A stretch of 64,000 nt of DNA from an uncultured Opitutales bacterium (GCA_964457855.1 CAYWEO010000005.1:487-64486), one strand, 5' to 3'. Shown: positions 1 through 8,894, counted from the first letter of the stretch. Notes: generated by a model not told the origin, from the sequence alone. A program made the numbers and translations.

Positions 1-66
1 CCCCGATGAGGTTACCCCCATACCTGATTTCGAGTCAGGCGCATTCGGCCACTCTGCCATCTCTCC
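1..66 (-). tRNA. tRNA-Ser(CGA), 5' part only (3' part lies left of the window)
   Basis: Reverse complement reads GGAGAGA TG GCAG... The anticodon stem is CCTGA/TCAGG with loop CTCGAAA (anticodon CGA), followed by the start of a long variable arm. Confidence 0.8.
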
Positions 67-71
67 ATGTT

Positions 72-229
72 GGAAAGCTTTGATTTTGAGCGGCGAGTTC
101 GTTGCGCATCGGATCTCGCTGCCATCACGTACGTTAGTACGCTCAGGCATTGGGGGATTAGAGTGAGGAGAGGCACTCACTCCAATCGTCCTCGCGCGCC
201 TGCTCGTCATCTCAAAATCAAAGCTTTCC
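72..229 (+). repeat. PE-A palindromic element (long variant)
   Basis: Arms GAGCGGCGAGTTCGTTGCGC and CGCGCGCCTGCTCGTCATCTCAAAA plus core ACGTACGTTAGTACGCTC are shared with the other copies. Inverted flanks are GGAAAGCTTTGATTTTGAG / CTCAAAATCAAAGCTTTCC. Confidence 0.85.
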
Positions 230-316
230 TTTCGGAAATTCCAAGAAAAGAACTCTCCCCGCAAATCGCCAGGAAGGCATCGGTTTCAAGAAATTTTTAA
301 AAGAACTTTTTCCCGC

Positions 317-459
317 AAATCGCCAGGAAGGGGTTTATTTTGAGATGATAGGCAGGAATGGAAAGATTTTGACCCCCGAGCGTACTTAACGTACGTGACG
401 GGGTCGAAATCTTTCTGTGACGAACCTAGCGCTCAAAATGAACCCCTTCCTGGCGATTT
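317..459 (-). repeat. PE-A palindromic element abutting tRNA-Ser(GCU)
   Basis: Carries TTTTGAGATGATAGGCAGG ... GAGCGTACTTAACGTACGTGA ... CGAACCTAGCGCTCAAAA. Inverted flanks are AAATCGCCAGGAAGGGG / CCCCTTCCTGGCGATTT. Confidence 0.85.
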
Positions 460-552
460 TGGCGGAGAGGGGGGGATTTGAACCCCCGGAGCCTCTTTTG
501 GAAGCTCGCCTCGTTAGCAATGAGGTGCTTTCGGCCACTCAGCCACCTCTCC
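460..552 (-). tRNA. tRNA-Ser(GCU), type II with long variable arm, CCA encoded
   Basis: Reverse complement is GGAGAGGTGGCTGAGTGGCCGAAAGCACCTCATTGCTAACGAGG...GGTTCAAATCCCCCCCTCTCCGCCA. The anticodon loop TTGCTAA gives GCT. Confidence 0.9.
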
Positions 553-756
553 GTCTATCAATACCATAAACAAGTATCAGAACTCCCACTAAACCGTCAA
601 GAACAAGTTAACAAAAAAGATGGCATCAGTTTTTTTCTCGCCTGCCCGTCATCTCAATATCGATGCCTTCCTGGCGATTTGCGGGAAGAGTTTTAAAAGA
701 ATCTTGCTCTTAACAGATATCAACTGATAACTTTAACAATCATCAAGGCGCGTATA

Positions 757-1110
757 ATGGAACCGTTAGAAAGTGTTATTAAAATATATGGTCAGGCTTT
801 AAAGGATAATGATTATCAAACGATCATTAGCCTGTTTTCTGAAGATGCGAAGGTCTTCTCTCTCTTTGCAGGTGAAAAATCACCATCGGTTTTTTTTCAA
901 AATTTGTTTGAATGTAGTCATCGAACTAAAGTCGAAATAAAAAACATATTTTTTGACCCACATGATGAAAAAATAGCAGCCGCCTACATTTATATGGAGG
1001 CAATGAGGAATCAGCACGTTATTCAAGCTGAAGCTGTCGATGTTTTCAAGTTCGATCACGAAAATAAAATTAAACGCTTAAAAATATTTTTAGACACGTA
1101 TCTCCGATAA
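757..1110 (+). CDS. small NTF2/SnoaL-like fold protein (117 aa)
   Basis: The size and pattern (IKIYGQALKDNDYQTIISLFSEDAKV ... AAAYIYMEA ... VDVFKFDHENKIKRLKIF) are typical of SnoaL/ketosteroid-isomerase-like proteins. No closer assignment is possible. Confidence 0.5.
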   Translation: MEPLESVIKIYGQALKDNDYQTIISLFSEDAKVFSLFAGEKSPSVFFQNLFECSHRTKVEIKNIFFDPHDEKIAAAYIYMEAMRNQHVIQAEAVDVFKFDHENKIKRLKIFLDTYLR

Positions 1111-1177
1111 GGAAATTAAAAGAAAAATCAGCAAATCCCTGACGAAAAGTCGTCAAAAGAGGGCAAAAAGAAATTAA

Positions 1178-1300
1178 AGAAAGAAGAAAAAAGCCGTTAA
1201 AAAGCAACTAAAAGGAGAAAGAAGAAAAGAGAAAGACATTAAAAAGAAAGACATTAAAAAGAAAGACGGAAACGAGAAGGAAAATAAGAACGAAGAATAA
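1178..1300 (+). pseudogene. ATG-less relic of the K/E-rich 3' tail of a GKFW-family paralog
   Basis: The frame reads ..KKKAVKKQLKGERRKEKDIKKKDIKKKDGNEKENKNEE*. Its last about 30 nt and the downstream TGATCG...AAAACAGCAGTCGCGAGATTGCTGTTTTTT match the 3' ends of genes 1428..2915 and 32206..34002. Confidence 0.4.
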
Positions 1301-1328
1301 AAGAACTGATCGCAGAATACTTTCATCT

Positions 1329-1359
1329 AAAAACAGCAGTCGCGAGATTGCTGTTTTTT
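1329..1359 (+). terminator. conserved intrinsic terminator of the GKFW-family cassette
   Basis: Hairpin AAAACAGCA-gtcgcgagat-TGCTGTTTT followed by a T-run. The identical sequence occurs at 2944, 4540 and (reverse) 32146. Confidence 0.75.
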
Positions 1360-1427
1360 GTTGACACGCGCAAAATCTTTCCAAAACTGGCAATCATACA
1401 ACAATTCAACCCTCTTAAACTAATCGT
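1360..1427 (+). promoter_or_regulatory. conserved promoter/5'UTR cassette of the GKFW family
   Basis: GTTGACA...GGCAATCATACAACAATTCAACCCTCTTAAACTAATCGT lies directly before the ATG. It is near-identical at 2975..3043 and (reverse) 32077..32145. The exact -10 box and TSS were not determined. Confidence 0.45.
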
Positions 1428-2915
1428 ATGCGAACAAAACTATTCAAACAAACAGGCATCTTCTGCCTAGCCCTCGCCACCGCCCTATCGGCATTTGGCA
1501 TGAAAAAACAGAACAACACTTCATGCTCCCAAGACAGTTTCTTGAACGCCATTTCTGAAAAGAAAGAACCCAATCAAAAAACTCGCAAGTATTTCATTAA
1601 AACTAAAAAAATACTCGAAGAAAACGATAAGCCGTTGGAGGCTGCAATTATCGACGAAACCGAAACCGAACCACTGCTCATTCTCATTGGCAAATTTTGG
1701 TTAAATCCGAAATTAGAGGGGCAAACATTTAAGAACATCACTCGCCTGAAAATCCTTCCAGAAAACTGTGATACTCTAAAGAAGTATACTGACGTATTCG
1801 AAGCCTACACGAATGAATGCAATGATTTATTCGAAAAAGACCAATACAAATGCATCCCTAAGGACGATGGGATTTTTAACAGCGAAGACGTGAAAAGTAT
1901 TTCTAAACTCTTCCCAAACTTGAAAATTCTTAACATATTTTATTGGAATGCCCCAGTGACGATACCTGCTTGGTGCGCCAGTATCAAAAATTATTTGATT
2001 GAACAAGGACTTAAAGAAATTTACATCAATGCTCAGCAATTGGATACTGCCGACCAAAAATATGTCTTCAATGCGCTAAATAAACGTAGCGATGGGATCA
2101 AGGTAGGCTTTTTAAGTTCAAGTCTTTCCAAATCCAAGCTAAACGACCTAGGACCATTAGGAAGAAACAAACAAATAAATAGTCATTGCTATAACAAAGA
2201 AAAGGCTGAAAAAATTGGGCGAAAAAAACTTGAAAAGAAAGGAATTACGACAGAGGTATTTAAATATGACAGTAAGAGGTCAGAGAACATACCATCGCTT
2301 AAGGCAAAAACCGAATACGAGGACTATTGTTGGGCGGCTATGGAACAATGTGGGTCAGATAAGGTATTGGCACTGTCAGGAAAATTTTGGCTTCTCCCAA
2401 AATTCTCAAGCGTACAGTTCAAAAACATCACACGTGTTGCATCTTTGCCGCACTGTCAAGCATTTGATGACTCACTACTCGACTCCCGTTACATCCCGGA
2501 AGATGACTGCCAGTTTACATCCTCTGACGCGAATAAAATTCGGCAACTCTTCCCAAACTTGAGATCCGAAAATCTCAAATTACTAGGTAAATGGAAGTTC
2601 ACCGAGACAGAGCAGATGCTCTGGATGATACCCTGGATGAACCAAGAATCTGAGGGTTCTTCTAATCAAACATTACAAGCATTAACGACGAATCATTCAA
2701 TCCAAGACAGCGAAAATCCATCGGTAAAATTCCTTTCTAAAGCTGAGAAAAAAAAGCTGCAGAAAGCCGCAAAGAAAGAACACAAAAAGATTGTGAACAA
2801 AATGATAGCGATAGAGGAGACTAGTCAGAAGGAGAATAACGAGAAAGAAATTGAAATTAAAAAGCAGCCAAACAATAAGGAAAACGAAACGAAAAACGAA
2901 GAACAAAAGAAGTGA
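1428..2915 (+). CDS. secreted two-module 'GKFW/DDG/LFPNL' repeat protein with K/E tail (paralog 1)
   Basis: Signal peptide MRTKLFKQTGIFCLALATALSAFG|MK. Two internal copies of the module GKFWLxPK..FKNIT..IP(K/E)DDxxFxSxDxxxIxxLFPNL. The tail ends ..EKEIEIKKQPNNKENETKNEEQKK. Confidence 0.8.
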   Translation: MRTKLFKQTGIFCLALATALSAFGMKKQNNTSCSQDSFLNAISEKKEPNQKTRKYFIKTKKILEENDKPLEAAIIDETETEPLLILIGKFWLNPKLEGQTFKNITRLKILPENCDTLKKYTDVFEAYTNECNDLFEKDQYKCIPKDDGIFNSEDVKSISKLFPNLKILNIFYWNAPVTIPAWCASIKNYLIEQGLKEIYINAQQLDTADQKYVFNALNKRSDGIKVGFLSSSLSKSKLNDLGPLGRNKQINSHCYNKEKAEKIGRKKLEKKGITTEVFKYDSKRSENIPSLKAKTEYEDYCWAAMEQCGSDKVLALSGKFWLLPKFSSVQFKNITRVASLPHCQAFDDSLLDSRYIPEDDCQFTSSDANKIRQLFPNLRSENLKLLGKWKFTETEQMLWMIPWMNQESEGSSNQTLQALTTNHSIQDSENPSVKFLSKAEKKKLQKAAKKEHKKIVNKMIAIEETSQKENNEKEIEIKKQPNNKENETKNEEQKK

Positions 2916-2943
2916 TCGAAAAATCTCTTCAATCCTCTTACCT

Positions 2944-2974
2944 AAAAACAGCAGTCGCGAGATTGCTGTTTTTT
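2944..2974 (+). terminator. conserved cassette terminator
   Basis: Same hairpin and T-run as 1329..1359. Confidence 0.75.
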
Positions 2975-3043
2975 GTTGACATGAGAAAAATCTTTCTACA
3001 ATTTGGCAATCATAAAACAATTCAACCCTCTTAAACTAATCGT
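2975..3043 (+). promoter_or_regulatory. conserved promoter/5'UTR cassette
   Basis: TTGACATGAGAAAAATCTTTCTACAATTTGGCAATCATAAAACAATTCAACCCTCTTAAACTAATCGT. Virtually identical to the reverse complement of 32077..32145. Confidence 0.45.
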
Positions 3044-4501
3044 ATGCGAACAAAACTATTCAAACAAGCAGGCATTTTCTGCTTAGCTCTCGCCACCGCC
3101 CTATCGGCGTTTGGCATGGAAAATCAGAAGAAAACTTCGTGCTCTTCTTCCAAACAAGACAACTTCTTGAACGTATTTTCTGAGAAGAAAAAACCCAATA
3201 AAAAAACTGTCAAATATTTCAATAAAACTGCACTCATACTCGAAGAAAACAATAAACCGCTGGAGGTTGCAATTCTAGGCGAATCCCCTCCACCGGTTAT
3301 TGTTGTTGGCAAATTTTGGTTAAATCCGAAATTAGAGGGAAAAACATTTGAAAACATTACGGAGCTGAACGTCCTTCCCAACGATAGTGATGTCTTGAAG
3401 GAATATGCCGACTTGCTTAAAAAACATGACTACAAATACATGCCTAAAGACGATGGAATTTTTAACAGCGAAGACGTGGAAAGCATTTCTAACATCTTCA
3501 AAAACCTAAAAATTCTTAACATAGCTCATTGGGGTATTCCAGAGAATCAAGTTGGTTGGTGCGCCAGCATCAAAAAGCATCTGATCAAACGGGGACTTGA
3601 AAAACTTTGCATCAATGGTCAACAATTGGGTTCTGAAGGCAAAGCGTGGATCTTCGAGAATCTCGCAAAAAACAACAAGAACAGCAAGTTTTACGTATGC
3701 TTTCTTGTTCCATCTGACTCCACATCCAACCAAGACAACGTTAAAATCCCAGAAAGTAGACTCTCAGTAGCAAGCCCTAGTTTCATTAGCAAAAAAAAGA
3801 CTGAAAAGCTGGCGATGAGAAACTTTAACAATAAAGGAATGGTGCTAGGAACAACTACGCTTGACATGGGCAAATCAATGAACCAATCGCCACTTAACGT
3901 CAGTAAAACTGACTATGCAGATCAATGCTGGTCGATCATTGAACAATGTAAGCCAGGAGAGACATTGGCATTGCCAGGCAAATTTTGGAAGATGAAAAAG
4001 TTTTCCAATGTGATGTTTATAAATATCACTCATTTTATGTCTACGTCAGGCAACAACAGGATTAAAGACTCACCACTTGATCCCCGTTGCATCCCGGACG
4101 ATGACGGCCTATTCACACCCTCTGACGCAAATGACATTCAAAGACTCTTCCCCAACTTGAAGTTAACAACAAATGTCACATTAACTGGGTGGAAGCTCGA
4201 TGAGTTGGCATTTAAACCTTGGATTTCCCAACAACTCAAAGAAGAATCTGAGCGTTCTTCTAATCAAACGCTAACGGGAAGCAATCTAGCACTAACCATC
4301 CAAAAGGGCGACGAAAATTCATCTGTAAAAGTCCTAGCTAAGTCCGAAAGAAGCAAGCTGAAGAAAAAGAAGCGCAACCTAGACAAAAAATTAGCCAAAG
4401 AAATCAAAGAGCAAGAAAAACAAGCCATTGAGGAGCAGAATAAAAAAGAGGAAGAAATTAAAAAATACCCAAGCAATAAAGAAAGCGAGAACGAGAATTA
4501 A
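3044..4501 (+). CDS. secreted two-module GKFW-family protein (paralog 2)
   Basis: Signal peptide MRTKLFKQAGIFCLALATALSAFG|ME. Modules GKFWLNPKLEGKTFENIT..MPKDDGIFNSEDVESISNIFKNLKILNI and GKFWKMKKFSNVMFINIT..IPDDDGLFTPSDANDIQRLFPNLK. Tail ..KKEEEIKKYPSNKESENEN. Confidence 0.8.
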   Translation: MRTKLFKQAGIFCLALATALSAFGMENQKKTSCSSSKQDNFLNVFSEKKKPNKKTVKYFNKTALILEENNKPLEVAILGESPPPVIVVGKFWLNPKLEGKTFENITELNVLPNDSDVLKEYADLLKKHDYKYMPKDDGIFNSEDVESISNIFKNLKILNIAHWGIPENQVGWCASIKKHLIKRGLEKLCINGQQLGSEGKAWIFENLAKNNKNSKFYVCFLVPSDSTSNQDNVKIPESRLSVASPSFISKKKTEKLAMRNFNNKGMVLGTTTLDMGKSMNQSPLNVSKTDYADQCWSIIEQCKPGETLALPGKFWKMKKFSNVMFINITHFMSTSGNNRIKDSPLDPRCIPDDDGLFTPSDANDIQRLFPNLKLTTNVTLTGWKLDELAFKPWISQQLKEESERSSNQTLTGSNLALTIQKGDENSSVKVLAKSERSKLKKKKRNLDKKLAKEIKEQEKQAIEEQNKKEEEIKKYPSNKESENEN

Positions 4502-4539
4502 AACAAATCATTAAAAAATCTCTTCAGTTCTCTTACCCG

Positions 4540-4569
4540 AAAACAGCAGTCGCGAGATTGCTGTTTTTT
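4540..4569 (+). terminator. conserved cassette terminator (no promoter follows)
   Basis: AAAACAGCAGTCGCGAGATTGCTGTTTTTT. Confidence 0.75.
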
Positions 4570-4698
4570 GTTGCCTGAATTATGGGAACACCGTCAGAAT
4601 TGCAAAGCCTCTACCCTGAACTGAAAGCAAAACAAACCACGGGAATCCCAGACAACAGAACAACTTCTGTTCGTCATGCGCAATGCTTGCCTCTCGCT

Positions 4699-6567
4699 TT
4701 ACTCCACCGTCACGGATTTCGCTAGATTCCTCGGCTTGTCGACGTCACAGCCACGTGCAACAGCTACGTAGTAGGCGAATAATTGCAGCGGAATCGTCGT
4801 TAAAATGGCGTTTTCGACGTCGTGATTGCAATCGGGAATGACGATGGTGTTGTTGACCAAGCCTTGCGGCAAGTCAGCCTTCAAGCTCTCCGTTGTGACG
4901 ACGACAACGGGACCCTTGCGCGCTCTTACCTCCTGAATGTTCGACAGCACTTTGTTAAACATAACACCCGACTGAGTCGCTAAAAATACCGACGGGCAAC
5001 GTTCGCTAATCAGCGCTATAGGGCCGTGTTTCATTTCAGCCGCCGGATATCCCTCAGCATGGATGTAAGAGATCTCCTTGAGCTTCAGAGCCCCCTCCAA
5101 CGCGATTGGAAACAAGATCTGACGCCCCAGAAACAGAAAATCATTATAACCGACGTATTTTTCCGCAATGCCTTTTATTTCGGCGCTTTGCGCCAGAATT
5201 TTCGCCACCTTATCGGGCAATCCTTTCAACGTTTTCACAAACTGAACCCCCTCGTCAAAACTGAGGTCACGCAGCCGCGCCAAATACAACGCTAACATCG
5301 CGATAATTGTCAATTGACCCGTAAAGGCTTTTGTTGAGGCAACACCGATCTCTGGCCCAGAACGTTGGTAGACACCGCCGTCCGACTCACGTGCAATCGA
5401 TGAACCAACAACATTGCTGATTGCCAATGACTTATGTCCCTTCCTTTGCGACTCTCTTAGGGCCTCCAACGTGTCAATCGTTTCCCCCGATTGGCTCACG
5501 ACAAAGAACAACGTGTTCTTCTCCAACGGCGAATTCCGATACCGAAATTCCGATGCATACTCCACTTCAACCGGTATGCGCGTGTACTTTTCAATTAAAT
5601 ATTTACCCACCAAGCACGCGTGCCAAGCCGTTCCGCACGCAGAAAACACGATACGGTCCACCTGGCGCCATTGATGGGCCGTTAACGCCAATCCGCCTAA
5701 GTGACTCGTGCTTATATCGTTCGAAAAGCGCCCCCTCATGCTGTTTGCAATCGCTTCCGGCTGCTCGAAAATTTCCTTCTCCATGAAGTGCGAGAAACTC
5801 CCCAATTCAGCCACACTGAGGTCCCAATCCAGTTTGTGGATGACCGCCTCGATATCGCGCTCACCCGTATCTTTGATGCAAAAACTATCGCCTTTAATGT
5901 GAACAATTTCGTTGTCCTTCAGATAAACGACGTTGTTCATGCGAATCGCGCAGGCAGATACATCACTCGCGAGGATAAATTCGCCATCGCCAACGCCCAA
6001 CACCAAGGGGGAACTTTTACGAACGCCAACGATTTCATCCGGGCAATCCGTACACAAGACAACGAGGCCGTAGGTCCCTTCCAAATGAAACAAACTTTTC
6101 CTGACACTCTCGACAAAACGTGACTTACCAGAGCCATTTTGGCTCTCTTTTTCGTAGTGATAGGCAATTAGGTTTGCGATCACTTCTGTATCTGTTTCTG
6201 ACGCAAAGACATAGCCCTTCTTTTTTAAAAAAGATTTGATATTATCGTAGTTTTCGATTACACCATTGTGTACGATGGCGATTTTTTTATCACAACTCAC
6301 GTGCGGGTGGGCATTGGCATCGGTGATTCCACCGTGGGTGGCCCATCTCGTATGCCCTATCCCTGTCGTACCCACTAAGTTATGCTTCAAAATCTCCTTG
6401 GATAAGTTCTCTACTCTACCCACTTTTTTGACAACTTGTAGGCCATTTTTGTCATCCAACACCGCGATTCCCGCAGAGTCGTACCCACGGTATTCCAATC
6501 GCTTCAATCCATCCAACAAAATTGGGGCAGCTGAATGCTTCCCCCTGTAACTGACGATACCACACAT
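4699..6567 (-). CDS. glmS: glutamine--fructose-6-phosphate aminotransferase
   Basis: Starts MCGIVSY (Ntn Cys), has GHTRWATHG and two SIS domains, and ends KPRNLAKSVTVE. Confidence 0.95.
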   Translation of the reverse strand: MCGIVSYRGKHSAAPILLDGLKRLEYRGYDSAGIAVLDDKNGLQVVKKVGRVENLSKEILKHNLVGTTGIGHTRWATHGGITDANAHPHVSCDKKIAIVHNGVIENYDNIKSFLKKKGYVFASETDTEVIANLIAYHYEKESQNGSGKSRFVESVRKSLFHLEGTYGLVVLCTDCPDEIVGVRKSSPLVLGVGDGEFILASDVSACAIRMNNVVYLKDNEIVHIKGDSFCIKDTGERDIEAVIHKLDWDLSVAELGSFSHFMEKEIFEQPEAIANSMRGRFSNDISTSHLGGLALTAHQWRQVDRIVFSACGTAWHACLVGKYLIEKYTRIPVEVEYASEFRYRNSPLEKNTLFFVVSQSGETIDTLEALRESQRKGHKSLAISNVVGSSIARESDGGVYQRSGPEIGVASTKAFTGQLTIIAMLALYLARLRDLSFDEGVQFVKTLKGLPDKVAKILAQSAEIKGIAEKYVGYNDFLFLGRQILFPIALEGALKLKEISYIHAEGYPAAEMKHGPIALISERCPSVFLATQSGVMFNKVLSNIQEVRARKGPVVVVTTESLKADLPQGLVNNTIVIPDCNHDVENAILTTIPLQLFAYYVAVARGCDVDKPRNLAKSVTVE

Positions 6568-6621
6568 GAAAGTCTAAAATGGCCCTTAATTTTTAAAACT
6601 CAATACCAAAAATACAATAAA

Positions 6622-7944
6622 ATGAACACAGCACTCTCAATTCCACTACAATTCCCCATTCCAGCTCCGATGCCCCTTCAACAGGACATCCGCTGCATTA
6701 TCCTAGGAGGAGGACGCGGAGCCCGCCTATCTCCCCTGACGAAGACCCGTTGCAAACCAGCGGTCCCTCTCGCTGGGAAATACCGCCTCGTCGACATTCC
6801 CATCAGCAATTGCCTCAATGCCGGCCTTAAAAACATCTATTTACTCACACAATTCAATTCCGCCTCGCTTCATCGCCACATTCAAGAATCCTACAAGTTT
6901 GACTACTTTGGCGGCGGTTTTGTTGACATCCTATCGGCCGAACAGACCGAAAATAGCAGCGATTGGTACCAAGGAACTGCCGACGCCGTTCGACAAAACC
7001 TCACACACATCCCCATCAAGGACAACTCTCTAATCATCGTCCTCTCAGGCGACCAACTGTACCGCATGGACCTCAAAGACTTCATTCGCCAGCACGTCGT
7101 AACGAACGCCGACATCACCATCGCCGCCAAACCCTTCCCAAAAAGTCTTGCCTCCAGTTTTGGCGTCATGCAAATCGATCAAGATCTCAAAATCCAACGG
7201 TTTGCCGAAAAACCCAAGGATCCCGCGATTATTGACCAATTTACCCTCCACAACAATCCCGCCGTCCCATCCGCTGAAGATCAATGCCTCGTTTCCATGG
7301 GCATTTACATCTTTAAAGGCTCCGTTTTGAAAGCCCTTCTCGCACAAACCGGACAAGATTTCGGCAAAGAGGTCATCCCCTCCGCACTAACACAATTCGC
7401 CCTCTCCGCCTACATCTTCAACGGTTATTGGGAAGATATCGGCACCATCGGCTCCTTCTTCGACGCCAACCTCATGCTCACGGACGTTATCCCGCCGTTC
7501 GACTTCTTCGACGAAGCCAATCCGATCTACTCCTGTCCACGCTACTTGCCAGCCTCAAAACTCAATAGCTGTAACGTCGAACGCTCCATTATCTCCGACG
7601 GCTGCATCATCTCAAAGGCCCACATCAGCCGCTGCATCATCGGGGCACGCTCCATCATTCGCGAACACAGCCAACTCGAAAATGTTTATCTAATGGGCAA
7701 TGATGTCTATGAACATATCTCCGATATGCAAAAGAATGACACCTATCACATCCCCCACCTCGGAATCGGCCAACACTGCGACATCCGCAACGCCATCATC
7801 GACTGCAATGTCCGCATCGGCAACTACGTCCGCCTCTCCCCAGAAGGAAAACCCAATACCTTCCAACAAGGCCCCATCTACGTCCGCGACGGCATTCTGG
7901 TCATCGCTAAGGGTGGAGTCGTCCCAGATAATACCATTTGTTAG
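6622..7944 (+). CDS. glgC: glucose-1-phosphate adenylyltransferase
   Basis: LGGGRGARLSPLTKTRCKPAVPLAGKYRLVDIPISNC motif with a C-terminal beta-helix-like region. ATG 6622 was chosen because the ORF-track extension from 6535 overlaps the glmS start. Confidence 0.9.
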   Translation: MNTALSIPLQFPIPAPMPLQQDIRCIILGGGRGARLSPLTKTRCKPAVPLAGKYRLVDIPISNCLNAGLKNIYLLTQFNSASLHRHIQESYKFDYFGGGFVDILSAEQTENSSDWYQGTADAVRQNLTHIPIKDNSLIIVLSGDQLYRMDLKDFIRQHVVTNADITIAAKPFPKSLASSFGVMQIDQDLKIQRFAEKPKDPAIIDQFTLHNNPAVPSAEDQCLVSMGIYIFKGSVLKALLAQTGQDFGKEVIPSALTQFALSAYIFNGYWEDIGTIGSFFDANLMLTDVIPPFDFFDEANPIYSCPRYLPASKLNSCNVERSIISDGCIISKAHISRCIIGARSIIREHSQLENVYLMGNDVYEHISDMQKNDTYHIPHLGIGQHCDIRNAIIDCNVRIGNYVRLSPEGKPNTFQQGPIYVRDGILVIAKGGVVPDNTIC

Positions 7945-8079
7945 ACGCCGTAGCGATTTCGAGCGCTAGGGTTCCGTTACAGAAAAATTTTAACCCCTTA
8001 CGTATTTCAATACGCTCGGGGATTAAAATTTTTCTGTAGCCGTCCCTATCATCTCGAACTTGCTACGGCGTCTAACAAA
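7937..8079 (+). repeat. PE-A element; its inverted flanks include the glgC stop
   Basis: CATTTGTTAGACGCCGTAGC-GATTTCGAGCGCTAGGGTTCCGTTAC...ACGTATTTCAATACGCTC...GTAGCCGTCCCTATCATCTCGAAC-TTGCTACGGCGTCTAACAAATG. Confidence 0.9.
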
Positions 8080-8097
8080 TGCGGTCAGCAGATAAAT

Positions 8098-8165
8098 CCT
8101 CGCGCGCCTGCTCGTCATCTCAAAATCGCTCCCGTCTTCAACAAATGCGAATCTAACAAATGTGG
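8098..8165 (+). repeat. PE-A right-arm half copy followed by two more inverted copies of the glgC 3' end
   Basis: CGCGCGCCTGCTCGTCATCTCAAAATCG, then ..GTCTTCAACAAATGCGAATCTAACAAATGTGG. Confidence 0.75.
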
Positions 8166-8201
8166 ATCGACATTTAGCCAACTCTCCTCAAAATTCCCGT
8201 T

Positions 8202-8266
8202 CGGAAGGCATTTCTTTTGAAGGTTCGGAAACTTCTTCTTTTCTCCGGAAAAGAAAAGTTTCCGAG
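8202..8266 (+). repeat. 3HP element, truncated module B plus module C
   Basis: CGGAAGGCATTTC.. joined to the hairpin TTCGGAAACTTCTTCTTTTCTCCGGAAAAGAAAAGTTTCCGAG. Confidence 0.7.
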
Positions 8267-8343
8267 TATTATTCAATGAAAAAACCTCTCCCCTTCATCA
8301 TAGTCTTGACTTCGCGCAATCAATCGCTGAAGCATTATGATTT

Positions 8344-8892
8344 ATGGAAGATTTCTTGTCATGTGACGTTTGCGGGAAGCCGGCGAACGTGCATTTAACG
8401 CAGGTCATGAATGGGCAGATGGTGCAGATTCATCTTTGCGAGTCGTGTGCGCACAAGCAGGGTTTGACGATATTGAAGGAGTTTTTGGCGAAGCAATTTT
8501 CTGGCGAGCTACATCAGGCAAAAATTTATAAGACGTCGAAGAGTCGGTTTAGTTCTCAGACCTGCCCGAAATGTCACTATAACGCCCATCTTTTGAAGAA
8601 GAGCAAGCGGCTCGGCTGTGCGGAGTGTTATCAACACATTCCTAATATCGCGAAATACGTGGATCAGTCGCATAAAAAAACGATTTATCGTGGGAAATGC
8701 CCTCCGAATATCCTGCAACGTCAGAATGCTCACAAGCAAATCCTGTCTTTGGAGCAACAAATGCGGCTGGCAGTCAATGAAGAACGTTACGAGGATGCCG
8801 CAAACCACCGGGATGAGCTTAAAAAGGTGAAATGCAGCGACGTTTTCAATCATAACAATAGCGCCAACGAGATCCTGCAGCCTATTCGATAA
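8344..8892 (+). CDS. mcsA: McsA-like activator of protein arginine kinase (UvrB/UvrC-motif protein)
   Basis: Cys pairs CDVCG..CESC and CPKC..CAEC, a C-terminal UVR motif EERYEDAANHRDELKK, and a position directly upstream of mcsB-clpC. Confidence 0.85.
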   Translation: MEDFLSCDVCGKPANVHLTQVMNGQMVQIHLCESCAHKQGLTILKEFLAKQFSGELHQAKIYKTSKSRFSSQTCPKCHYNAHLLKKSKRLGCAECYQHIPNIAKYVDQSHKKTIYRGKCPPNILQRQNAHKQILSLEQQMRLAVNEERYEDAANHRDELKKVKCSDVFNHNNSANEILQPIR

Positions 8893-8894
8893 CA

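Noticed and set aside
6568-6621. glmS ribozyme or riboswitch upstream of glmS
   Set aside because: Only about 54 nt separate the glmS start from the divergent glgC start, which is too short for the ribozyme, and no conserved core is seen.
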